From Schmidtea nova (taxonomy: Eukaryota), in the NCBI GenBank assembly GCA_044892505.1, contig CM097882.1, forward strand, positions 219,790,001 through 219,854,000: DNA of 64,000 nt, read 5' to 3'. The translations under genes were made by a program, and so were the position numbers. The notes beneath the pieces are model-generated. The model saw nothing but the letters and a program-made list of their open reading frames with translations, was not told the origin of the DNA and did no database searches. Shown piece after piece: positions 12,881-24,370 of this stretch; the first letter of the stretch is position 1; each line of letters starts with the position of its first letter.

Positions 12881-13030
12881 ACCTTTGGAAATTCAAATTT
12901 GAAATTCAAATTTGAAATGAGTCATCGATGACGTCATCGACAAGTCATATTTTATTTCCACGGGGAGAGGGGTAGGGGGTAGGAGTAGAAAAAATAAGAG
13001 TCATCGATGAGTCATGCTCCTCATTACTAT

Positions 13031-13520
13031 CTACTCAAGTAAACTGTCAAGAAGATGATCTGCGCGTGATTTCGGGAAGGAAGACGTGCGGGCTTCGAAA
13101 ATGCGAAACCACGACAAAGGTGCACCGTCTTGGTCTAGAAAAAACAGAAAGGAGCGGAATCCTGATGAGGAAGATGGCTCTGTTGTTATTCTACCGCCTC
13201 CTAGGATGTGACAGTTGATGTCCAAGATTGAATTGGTCTGCAGCTGGGTAGAAGAGGAGACTAAAGAACCATTGCACAACACTTAGAATGAGGTCTTGTC
13301 AATGCGAAGCGATGTGGCAATGCCTGTGTGTAGATCGGAAGTAACGGCGATTTCCCGTATTATGTTATTAAAACACGTGAGGATATAGGCTGGCGATATC
13401 GGTGTGGTTTTGGCGAAAGAATCATTATCGTGTGTTGGATCTAGGTTAGGATTATGGGTGATGTTTGTAGTTAAAGGGCGGAAGAGAGCCGGGATAGAAC
13501 ATTCGGGAAGGGTAACCTTA
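13031..13520 (-). pseudogene. gag: gag N-terminal fragment, copy 3 (ubiquitin-like segment plus PxSWFRIFEA motif); open frame continues across the gap to ~13894
   Basis: Collinear with 15480-15925; one TAA at 13283-13285; breaks off near LLDSL at ~13035. Confidence 0.8.
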
Positions 13521-14130
13521 AATAATATAATAGTTAACAANNNNNNNNNNNNNNNNNNNNNNNNNNNNNNNNNNNNNNNNNNNNNNNNNNNNNNNNNNNN
13601 NNNNNNNNNNNNNNNNNNNNNNNNNNNNNNNNNNNNNNNNNNNNNNNNNNNNNNNNNNNNNNNNNNNNNNTTTATAGAAATATAATAAATGATACTTTTT
13701 GTCATATCATTTGGATTGGTGAACCTATTGTCATTCGGTTGAGATATTTGATTTTGTTGTAGGAATGAGTGCATAACTTCAGCAGTTGTCGGAGAGGCTG
13801 CTAACAATGAGCACGGAGTAGCAACAGAGAATATCGACATTGCTACGGTAAGTTGTCGACAAATTGTGGATTGTTGGTTTATTAAACCTGTCATTTAATT
13901 TGATTTATTTATAAATACATTTTTAGTTTTATTTTTTTCTGATTATTGGGATTTCTATATTATTGGGATAATGTTTATATAATAATATTTACGATTTAGG
14001 TCCATTTTTTAATATTACGATATTGCTTTCTTTTTAATCTTTACGATATTGATCTATTTCTATTAATCACGATATAGGTATGAAGTGATATTACGATATA
14101 GGTATGGCCCCCCGATAAAAATCATAAATA

Positions 14131-14210
14131 TTTTAATCAACATCGATTCGGAAATTAATATAATTATTCATTTTAACCAACATCGATTCGGAAATTAATA
14201 TAATTATTCA
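14131..14210. repeat. 40-bp tandem duplication with one mismatch
   Basis: TTTTAA(T/C)CAACATCGATTCGGAAATTAATATAATTATTCA x2. Confidence 0.9.
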
Positions 14211-14666
14211 TAAATGACAACAATGAATTGCAAATATAATTATTTATAATTAATATAGCTATCTATATAAAATTTTAGTAAATAAACTGATGTAAATATC
14301 AGTATAGCGCCCAAAAACTTAATTCTAAAATCTGCGCAAGTTAGAAGTTTTAAGGCAATCTTAAAAATTCACTAAAACCCGGATCAGAATTAAAAGATCC
14401 ACAAATAAAAAAATATAGCATGCATAACACAACATTCACCCAATAAGTTCACATCACAAGAATTTGATTTAAAACAACCTTGTTATTTAGTATAAAGAAA
14501 ATCTTTGATTAATCTTTGATTTGCTGTAAAAAAAATAAAAAGTAAAAGATTTTAAAAACAAAAAGAATCTTGTCTTTTGACATTTATCTAAGCATCACCC
14601 CAATAACAAGTTGAGATTTCAAATAGTAGATATTTGGAACCTCAACACACACACACATATATATAT

Positions 14667-16600
14667 TGTAGTGCCTTCGTGTTATATATATATATATATA
14701 TATTTATTTATTAACATTTTAAATAATTTTAAAATATTATATAATATATATATTATTAAATTAAAAATATCGACATATTTATAAAGAGTTGTTTTAATAA
14801 TCGCAAAAAGAAAAAATGCACGTTCAATTGAATAAAGAAAAGATGGAGCTCAGCAAACAAACTATTTCAACGCAGCACCCAGCACCAGAAAACTTTTTCA
14901 TGTTTAATAAAATTTTGTTTTTTGTTACAGTCTATTTTCTAGTCACGATAATTGGTGTCAGAAGACCTGATCATACCTATTCCTCTCGTAATCAGTTCAG
15001 TTCCAAGACTCCTAGCACGACATTTCAACAAACATCAGAAACTGAATACCGAAGATCTGAATCGGAAAAGCGCGAAAGCAACAACTACAACACTCAACTA
15101 ACTAAATACTCAGTCAATTTCGTCGCATCACCCGAACAATATGTCTTTGGTCAAAGATTTACCACGCAATGTAAAGTTTATCATCAATTCAAAACAGCTT
15201 GTTATTCTTGTCCGTTGCGTAAACTCGGCCTCGGCTCCTATTCCACTAACAACGACACTTACAACGGAGCGGTAATGCAACTGGAAGCGTCTATCTCTCA
15301 AAACAATTGCGGCAGTTATTTGCGATTATCTGGTGATGGGTATTTTATCTCTTTCATTTATAATATTACATTATATAATATATTATACTTATTTACATTA
15401 CTTTTATTTATCCTAAATTTTAAAATTATTTATATTATTCTTCTCAAAATCCACAAATACTCTGCCCAGTTTTTATTCGACACATTCAATACAAGTCACG
15501 CCCACAACCCTATACAAATTTTCTGGTACAACAGAAATTCTTCTACCACCACCGACATTTTTTCCGCAACATATGTCTTAACGCGCTTCAATAACAAAAT
15601 AGCTCAAGTAAATATCACCACAGATCTACACACAGATATAGCTGCGTTCCACCACATTTACAACACATCCTTCTTTTTATCGACCAACGGATTTGGCATC
15701 GCTACAACCTCTGAAATCAAACCAAACTCGATCGTAGACGTCCATTTACGTATTCTTGGAGGCTTGCGACCTCAAACAGAACCGACTTCTTCATCCGCTT
15801 TCCGTCCAATTTTGTTTTTTAGGATCCCGACGGTACACCCTCGTCGTGGTTCCGCATTTTTGAATTTCGGACGTCGTCCTTCCGAAATCACATGCATATT
15901 ACCTACTCGACAGCCTACCCTCTGAGTTGATAGGCGAGCTTGCCCCAAAAATAGCAGATGCTCTTTATTCAGATAATCCGTACGATGATTTGAAATTCTT
16001 GATAGTATCCAAGTATACCTCATCACAGTCCCAAGCTCTAAAAAAACTCTTGGTGCCACAGATTTACTCAGGCCAACAACCTATTTTCTTTTTAGGAGAG
16101 ATTGTTCGTTCAAACGATGCGGCAGTACCCGGTCTTTCTAAAAATGCGCCTTTATTAACCCACCAATTAGTTTCTGCACTCCCCTACCATCTACAAACTT
16201 CGCTGGCATTGGTTGACTCTGAAGATCCGTATCACCTCGCGAAGATCGCTGACCACATTCACGCACTGCAACCACATAAACCCCGAGCAGATATTTACGC
16301 AGCACCTCCACTACCCCCCCGTTAACGCAACGCATACACCTCACCATCTTTCCCCCCTGACAGTTGAAAGATATCCCAACAACACCTCTCCATCACATGA
16401 TGCACAGCATAACAATCACCTTCCAACTACACGCGCGCAAAACAGGCAACCCAATAACAGCGCCACACTAATCTGCTTTTATCAAAACAGATTTAGACAA
16501 CATGCACAGAAATGCTGCATCGGTTGCACGTCCGAATTCCGTACACATCACAATCCAATAATCCCAGTGTGTATTCACCATCACCTCTACAAGAATGAAG
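14667..16600 (+). mobile_element. 3'-truncated Ty3/Gypsy element, copy 2: 5' LTR, PBS, gag; no pol
   Basis: LTR TGTAGTG(14667)...CACGATA(14950); PBS; gag with frameshifts near 15820 and 15890; CFYQNRFRQHAQKCCIGC knuckle; similarity to copy 1 ends at ~16600. Confidence 0.88.
14953..14964 (+). promoter_or_regulatory. Primer-binding site TGGTGTCAGAAG (complementary to a tRNA-Leu 3' end)
   Basis: Lies 2 nt after the LTR end; matches the recalled tRNA-Leu(CAA) 3' end CTTCTGACACCA over 12 nt. Confidence 0.7.
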
Positions 16601-16933
16601 CTATTGTGTTTTTCATGTTCATAAAAGACAGTTAAAAATGAAATATTTAAACAAGAAATTGTATAAATTAATGATTTATTTTACACTATTTTTTGTACAT
16701 CGTTGAAAATAAACAGTTTTCGTATTATAAAACATAATTTCTCATGAAAACCATATGATTTCTAATAATTTTTGACTTAAATGTTTATATTAAACTCTGT
16801 TTATATTAAGTAGGGTTGACTGTAGTATGCCACTAAAACTCTGAACTTGGCTTATTTTAACCTTTTTTTCATTAAATTTTAAATTATATCATTTTTTTTG
16901 TCTTTATGAAATTCTCAATGATTTATTGTATAT

Positions 16934-17150
16934 TGTAGTGCCTCCGTTATTTATATGTTATTATATTATTTATATGTAGAAATTTAATTAAATATCATAT
17001 TATTTATATATTAAAATCAATTATCAATTTATTTATATAAAAAAAATGCGATTTGTTTAAATCACACAAAAATGGCACTTTTTACCTTATTTAAAAAACT
17101 ACATGCAAGAAGCAATTTAAGAAAAATGGAAGCTGCACCAATTGAAACCC
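16934..17150 (+). repeat. Additional LTR copy or solo-LTR fragment (3' end uncertain)
   Basis: Starts TGTAGTGCCTCCGT; shares AAATGxGAxTTGTTTAAATxAC and AAAAATG(G)CAC blocks with the LTR at 1736-1984. Confidence 0.65.
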
Positions 17151-17485
17151 AATGCAAACCACAAAGTTACCCATTGAATGTAGTAATGAAAAAGAACGCA
17201 AATCGCACAAAAGAATTCAGTGAGCACAAGAGGCGAATGAGACAATCAATCACCCCAGTGATTGCTACAAGCACAAAGATCGATATTTCTACCATTGATA
17301 TACCAGAGCGCATTAAAGACAGCTATTTCATGAAGGAAAAGAAGACTAAATCAACTGTGAAATCTGATGATATATTGGCAGCTAAGAAAGAACAATTTGT
17401 TTTATTTAATTTATTTTTAGCTGCTATATTTGTTTTATTAAATATATTTGCAGATGCTAAATATATCAAACATTTAGTATATTAA
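17072..17485 (+). CDS. Hypothetical 137-aa basic protein with a C-terminal hydrophobic helix
   Basis: ATG-to-TAA ORF; FVLFNLFLAAIFVLLNIFA near the C-terminus; start lies inside LTR-like sequence. Confidence 0.35.
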   Translation: MALFTLFKKLHARSNLRKMEAAPIETQCKPQSYPLNVVMKKNANRTKEFSEHKRRMRQSITPVIATSTKIDISTIDIPERIKDSYFMKEKKTKSTVKSDDILAAKKEQFVLFNLFLAAIFVLLNIFADAKYIKHLVY

Positions 17486-18662
17486 AATTTCAGTACAAAA
17501 TTAATAAATTTATTTTTACCTTATAAATTGTGAGAGTTGAAAACCCAATACAAACATTTACCATTGATATGGGGAATAAACATTTCCTATGGAAAAGATT
17601 TTTTATTTTGTCTTTTTGCCTGAGGAAATTGTGAAAGTGAAACAAAACCATTGAAATATGTGTATAAAAAATCCCATGCAAAAAATTGGAAATTATTTTT
17701 CAGTTTATTTTAACGGCTAATATATATAGTGACCTTTGTGCCACTTGAAAATTCTATACAAAAGATCAAGAAATATTTTCAGTTCATCTTAACGCCTGAA
17801 AACTTAGTGGAGAAAACAAATCCTATGGGACAGTGGATAGTGGAGCCTATAGATTCCTAAGCTTGCTAACTGTCGTTCAATTGAACAGATCTGTAATTTA
17901 TATCAAATATTTTTAAAATTTCTGAAAACAATAAAAATAAAATTCAAAGTTATATTATTAGAAACTTTCAAAGTTTTCCATCATATTTACATACGAAAAT
18001 AAACATAAATGTAACGTTGCAATTACTCATTTTAATGTTACAAAAAAGACACAATATCGACAATAAATTGCAAAAATATAAAATATTTCCCATTCGAGTA
18101 GATTCACATTTCTCAGAGGGTTTTTCAGACGGACCATAATAATTCNNNNNNNNNNNNNNNNNNNNNNNNNNNNNNNNNNNNNNNNNNNNNNNNNNNNNNN
18201 NNNNNNNNNNNNNNNNNNNNNNNNNNNNNNNNNNNNNNNNNNNNNNNNNNNNNNNNNNNNNNNNNNNNNNNNNNNNNNNNNNNNNNNNNNNNNNNNNNNN
18301 NNNNNNNNNNNNNNNNNNNNNNNNNNNNNNNNNNNNNNNNNNNNNNNNNNNNNNNNNNNNNNNNNNNNNNNNNNNNNNNNNNNNNNNNNNNNNNNNNNNN
18401 NNNNNNNNNNNNNNNNNNNNNNNNNNNNNNNNNNNNNNNNNNNNNNTTTACAAAAAAACCTCCAATTTTATTTTTGCTTATTGTGTATAAATACTAAAAT
18501 GCATAAGTTTGAATTAGTAAATTACATATTTACATAAAAAAAATAAATCAACTCTTTATCTGGTAAGTGTTTTTGGTGATGGAAGTATTCCAATAACACT
18601 AATACTACTACGAAAATAAAAAAAAAAGATATGCGGATTTCTTATAGAAATACAACGGGTTC

Positions 18663-19822
18663 TCAATACTGACAGACGTTGTCTCTGGAGTGCAGTCTGT
18701 AGATGGTATTTTTCTGAATCGAAGCAGGATTTGGTCCTAAAAGCATTGTTTCATGTGACGGATGGTAATGTACGACTGATGATTTATAATGCTGACCATT
18801 TGTGAGATTTTGCATTATTAAATGCTGTTGGTTTTTAGATCGAGGAGATAGACTGGGACTGGACGTTGACCAGTGACCCGGTGAATCACTGTCGGGGCTC
18901 GGAGTTATTCCCGGTGCACTCGTGCTGCTTGTGGGATTATTGTTGCTGTTTGTATTGTAACCGGATAACGCCATGAAATTGTTATTCGCTCCCGCACAAC
19001 TGTAAAAATTTGTCACCTGATTGGGAAGAGACGGTATGTCGATATTGTTTGAGGAATAGTCAACGAAATTCGGGGACTTTGTGCTACTTCGTTTGGTATT
19101 GTTATTATTTGCTTGATATCTCATTTTTGATTCAGAATTTAGGAGATTTGGGGACGTGTGAGTTGTAAGTCGCTTCTTTACTGAGTCCTGGGGTTGATTC
19201 ATAAAACCCCCAATCGGATTCGACCGATAGCACGACTGATTGGACTGATTCTGAATTGACATTACTGGATTGTAGAAACCCATATTTTTAGATTTGAATT
19301 CAATGTTATCTTGAGGCAAAGAGTTTGGATATACACAACAGGACATTTGTTGGAGAGAATGAGGAGACGAATATAAAACCGTTTTCAAATCAACCGGATG
19401 ATTATTACAATAATAATTGTTGGAATAACAATTGTATGAGCCCCACATCAGTGGACGATGCTGTTGATTTTCCTTTGTGATATTTACATAGTCTTCCAAC
19501 AGAGCAACGATATTGTCAAAATTATTCATTTTTGCAATATCCCGAGGAAGTCGATCCAGATGATCACTCATATCAGGATTAGCTCCATTAGCAATTAAGA
19601 TCTTGCACACTTCGATTGCGCCTTCTTTGCAGGCTAGATATAATGGGGTCGCCTCCTCATTGTCTTGAGCATCTCTATTTAACCCATACGACAACAGCAA
19701 ATGAACGACTACCGTTTGACCAGTTATTGCGGCCCAATGAAGTGCAGTTCTACCGTATTCATCAGTGACGTTTAAATCACATTCTTCAGGTTGAATATGC
19801 TGCAGAAGCAGCTGAATAATTT
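18663..19822 (-). CDS. Notch: Notch last exon: C-terminal ankyrin repeats, N/Q/S-rich tail, PEST, stop
   Basis: tttag|AA acceptor after a 44-nt intron gives EAHIEIIQLLL; [45 protein letters not shown]; TGA at 18663-18665. Confidence 0.95.
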
Positions 19823-22800
19823 CTAAAACAAAATTTTAAATAATAAACTATATATTGTATGCAAACCAATATGAGCTTCTTTAACTGCTTGAATAAGACA
19901 AGTTGAACCATTAGGACCTTTTTGATGCAAATCTATTACAAAAGTTTGCTGTTCTAACAAATAAGCAACCACTTCAAATGCGCCTGCATCAATTGCTGTC
20001 ATCAAACACGACCTGCCATTTAATTCTAATTTATTTGGATCACTTCCCGCCTCTAATAAAAATCTCGCAGCTTCTTNNNNNNNNNNNNNNNNNNNNNNNN
20101 NNNNNNNNNNNNNNNNNNNNNNNNNNNNNNNNNNNNNNNNNNNNNNNNNNNNNNNNNNNNNNNNNNNNNNNNNNNNNNNNNNNNNNNNNNNNNNNNNNNN
20201 NNNNNNNNNNNNNNNNNNNNNNNNNNNNNNNNNNNNNNNNNNNNNNNNNNNNNNNNNNNNNNNNNNNNNNNNNNNNNNNNNNNNNNNNNNNNNNNNNNNN
20301 NNNNNNNNNNNNNNNNNNNNNNNNNNNNNNNNNNNNNNNNNNNNNNNNNNNNNNNNNNNTGCAAAAGGGTCTCGCCAGAATATGGAACTCTTGAGGTCAG
20401 TATAGTTATTAAACTGTTGTTAGATATTTCATTTTTGTTAATTAAGTCACTAAATTTATTTGTTTCATCTTGATTATTGACAGCAATTTGCAGAAGTTTC
20501 TCCACAATTAATTGTTTATCTCTGCTTTCAGTCGGTGAAAATTCACCAAGCCCATTCCCAGATACAAGCAAGTTAGCAATTGTATTGAAACACCAAGCTT
20601 CAATATTTCTTGGTTCAACAAGATCTTTATGAGCNNNNNNNNNNNNNNNNNNNNNNNNNNNNNNNNNNNNNNNNNNNNNNNNNNNNNNNNNNNNNNNNNN
20701 NNNNNNNNNNNNNNNNNNNNNNNNNNNNNNNNNNNNNNNNNNNNNNNNNNNNNNNNNNNNNNNNNNNNNNNNNNNNNNNNNNNNNNNNNNNNNNNNNNNN
20801 NNNNNNNNNNNNNNNNNNNNNNNNNNNNNNNNNNNNNNNNNNNNNNNNNNNNNNNNNNNNNNNNNNNNNNNNNNNNNNNNNNNNNNNNNNNNNNNNNNNN
20901 NNNNNNNNNNNNNNNNNNNNNNNNNNNNNNNNNNNNNNNNNNNNNNNNNNNNNNNNNNNNNNNNNNNNNNNNNNAAGCTTTTTCCTCAATCTTTATTTAT
21001 TGAAATATTTTGACCTGAAACAGGTTTTGGTTACTCTAATATAAAACCCTTTCCAATAAACTGTTCTTTTATTTCAACTTTACTTTCTTTCATTGTTCAT
21101 TTAAATATAAAAATTTAAACAAATTAAGAAATTTTTTTTAAAAATATTTTTCAAATATTTCAAGTCTAAATATTTTAATGAATAAACATGACTTACCCTT
21201 TAATTTAATTTATATTGTTATATTTTAAATCATTTTGCTATGGAAAAAAATTTCAATAAATAATAATAAAATACATATTGAATGAAACCAATTGTAAGAT
21301 TAGAAATGAAAAGAAAAATGACACTGAAATAAAATTTTAAACTTTTACCATGTGAAGCTTTAACCGTTTTTCCGGTGGAAAATTCATATGCATATCTCCA
21401 TTCGGAAGTAGCATACAATTTTCGGATACAGCAACATTCTCATTGTTATTCTCATTGATATTTATTTCATACGATGTCATTCTGGTACTTGTTAAACTAT
21501 TGGAGCCACTATCATCAATCGAATCTGTAGTGCTGATTTTAGATTTGGTCATTTGTTGGAGATTTCCCAGCTCAGAACTCGCATTATGGCAATTGAGAAG
21601 GTTCTGATTACGTTTCCGATTTGAATTGACAAGACGTTTGTGATTAAATTGAGATGTTTGCTGGTTAAGACGTTTCATTCCTTCCGGATACCATATTTCG
21701 GCTTTTCTCATCTTTTTCTTTAGATAAAAAAAAACACAATCAACGATCATTTGAAATGAGATACGATCACAATAAATAAATAAATAAATATTTTAATTGA
21801 CTTTTATATTTACAGTTAAGTAGATATATTGCAAGTGAAAATCCTTCCATAAATATGAGCATTTCTGAACTTTAATGGAAAAAAATCTTTGATCGAGTTA
21901 GACGAATTCTTGAAAAGCCATTACACGAATTTTCAACACAGCCTTTTCTAACTGTATACATTGTTGAAAAAGACTGTCGAAAAATTGTGTACTTTTTTTT
22001 ATTAAAAATTTTGATCTAGTCTTTATAAAAAAATTAAAAAATAAAAAAGATGAAAGAAGAGAATAAGAGATGTTAATTATAATTTAAGTGTGTAATTTTA
22101 ATTTGATTAGGCTAAATATATTATTATTATTATTATATGTTTATTATATATTTATTTATTATATATTTATTTATTATATATTTATTATTATTATTTGTAT
22201 ATTTTTTATTATATGTTTAATAGAAATTTTGATTATACATTTTTTCAGAATCAAATTGATAATAATTACAAGATAAAATATTTTTGTAATCAAATTAAAA
22301 TAAAACACTATTAAAGTAAAAATAAATACACCTATACCTCATTAAACGGTCTAGGTACGATGTTAGAAAAATGGCGTTAAATCAAAACGCTGAATAATTA
22401 ATTAATCCAATCAAAATTAAAGTTGTTCTCCTAATGTTAAAAACAGTTGAAATGCTTTCTAGATTGCTTAATTATACGCAATTTTGCGTTACGGTCCAGT
22501 TCCTACAAACTCACCTATGCCGATTAACGAGGAATGGTTGTATACTATTAAATGAAGATCTAACACTGAAAGTTTAGGGTCATACTAAATAGATGAAAAT
22601 ATTTTTAATACTAATAAGAGAATTCTATCAAGTTTTTCCTAAAACTCTATGGTTTATAAAGCAATAGCTTACACTGCGTCTTTCAATAACAAGTAAATAT
22701 TTTCGGTAATACTTGCTACCAAGCAAATATCTAAACATTTTCCGATTCATCAATATGAAGGATATCATCTGTATATGTTGGTTTTTCCAGATTTAAAAAT

Positions 22801-22953
22801 AATAAATCTAATATTTTTGGGACATAGAAAAATTAAAAAAATGCAATCCCATCAAAAGCGTCTTATGCAGTCTAAAAATTAAAGTCACATGAAATGGTTT
22901 TAAAAATGCAATTCTAATAGAAAAAACGTTAAAAGGCAACTGATCCAAAGAAA

Positions 22954-22992
<39 letters not shown>

Positions 22993-24282
22993 CCCCTTAA
23001 CTTTATATCCCGAGTAAACTCGTCTATAGGAAGTTGAGTCCATTTCGAAAATCAAAAAGGCAATAAAATTTAAAGATTTCAATTTTCTTTATGATTTCTA
23101 TATGATCACTTATTTCTACTCAAAATAATGTTCAATTTTGTCAAAATAGTTTAATGAATCCAATTAAGACAAAAAGATAATACAATATTTTTAAAAATTT
23201 TTGAAAATTTTCTCCACGGTAATAGGGCTTGAACTGGTCTATTAGATAAGATTGATATACATAAACAACACAAAAGCAATAATTTATTTCAAAGGACGAT
23301 TTTTTTAAGATTTCAAATAATTAATATTAATTAAAGAGAATATTTATAGAAATAAAAAAGATTTCAAAATACCTTTATATTCACTCGAAAAGATAAAACC
23401 TTAAACCTCGAAATATTAGTCAAAATGCCGATGCTTTTTAGTATTAATATCTGGGAATTCTATTAATTAGTAAATTCGGTTTTTTGAAAAAAATTTTGTA
23501 TCAAATAAAATTTTTCAAAAATTATGGAAATATTAATAGAAATAAGTTAATAGCAGTAGTAAGTAAATGACAATTTATGAATAATAAGTTAATTAACAAC
23601 CTTTTAGTTGATTTATTTCCCCCTTAATACTGCATTCATTGTTTGCCAAGTGTAATAATCATTCTCCCTAGTTGCTTGTGTTAAATTTTTATTTTTTGCT
23701 AAATAGTCACTTACATTTGGGGAGGGGGGTCACAAAAAATATCATGATATCGGTTTTGTTACCATAAAATTAAATTTTTAAATTTAAATAATTTTAACCC
23801 TTTAAAGGAGGTATTTTATTATCATTAAATTAAAAAAATTTTGTTTTATTTTATTATAGCATTTTTATTAGCATTTTCAAAAGAAAATTTATGAGTATGA
23901 AATTAAAATTTTCATCAATTAATAATGTTAAACAAAAGAAATACGGTAAATAAAGAAAAATGAACAGATATAACAAGATAATAAATAATATTATAAATAA
24001 TTAAAAATATTTTGGTTCATAATAACAATGGCCAGTTCAATGAAAAAAAGTTTCAAAGAAGTTCACAAAATGTATAATATTATAATAAATTCTTGTAAAA
24101 TAAATAAATTAATAGACAAATAAGCGTGCTTGAATATCCATAAAACCAAAAATGTTAAAAGTTGAAATCGTACATCATATTTCTAACAGCTTTTTAATGT
24201 CTGTAACACTTATTTCTCTTAATTTTTTTCACCTTTAAGCTCTTTTTTATTTCAGAAATCTCAGCACAGATTTTTTATGTAG

Positions 24283-24370
<88 letters not shown>

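Noticed and set aside
13020-13036. AGTAGATAGT on the minus strand as a Polinton/Maverick terminus
   Set aside because: It aligns with the gag sequence GAGTTGATAG of copy 2, so it is explained as gag; no partner TIR or TSD is seen.
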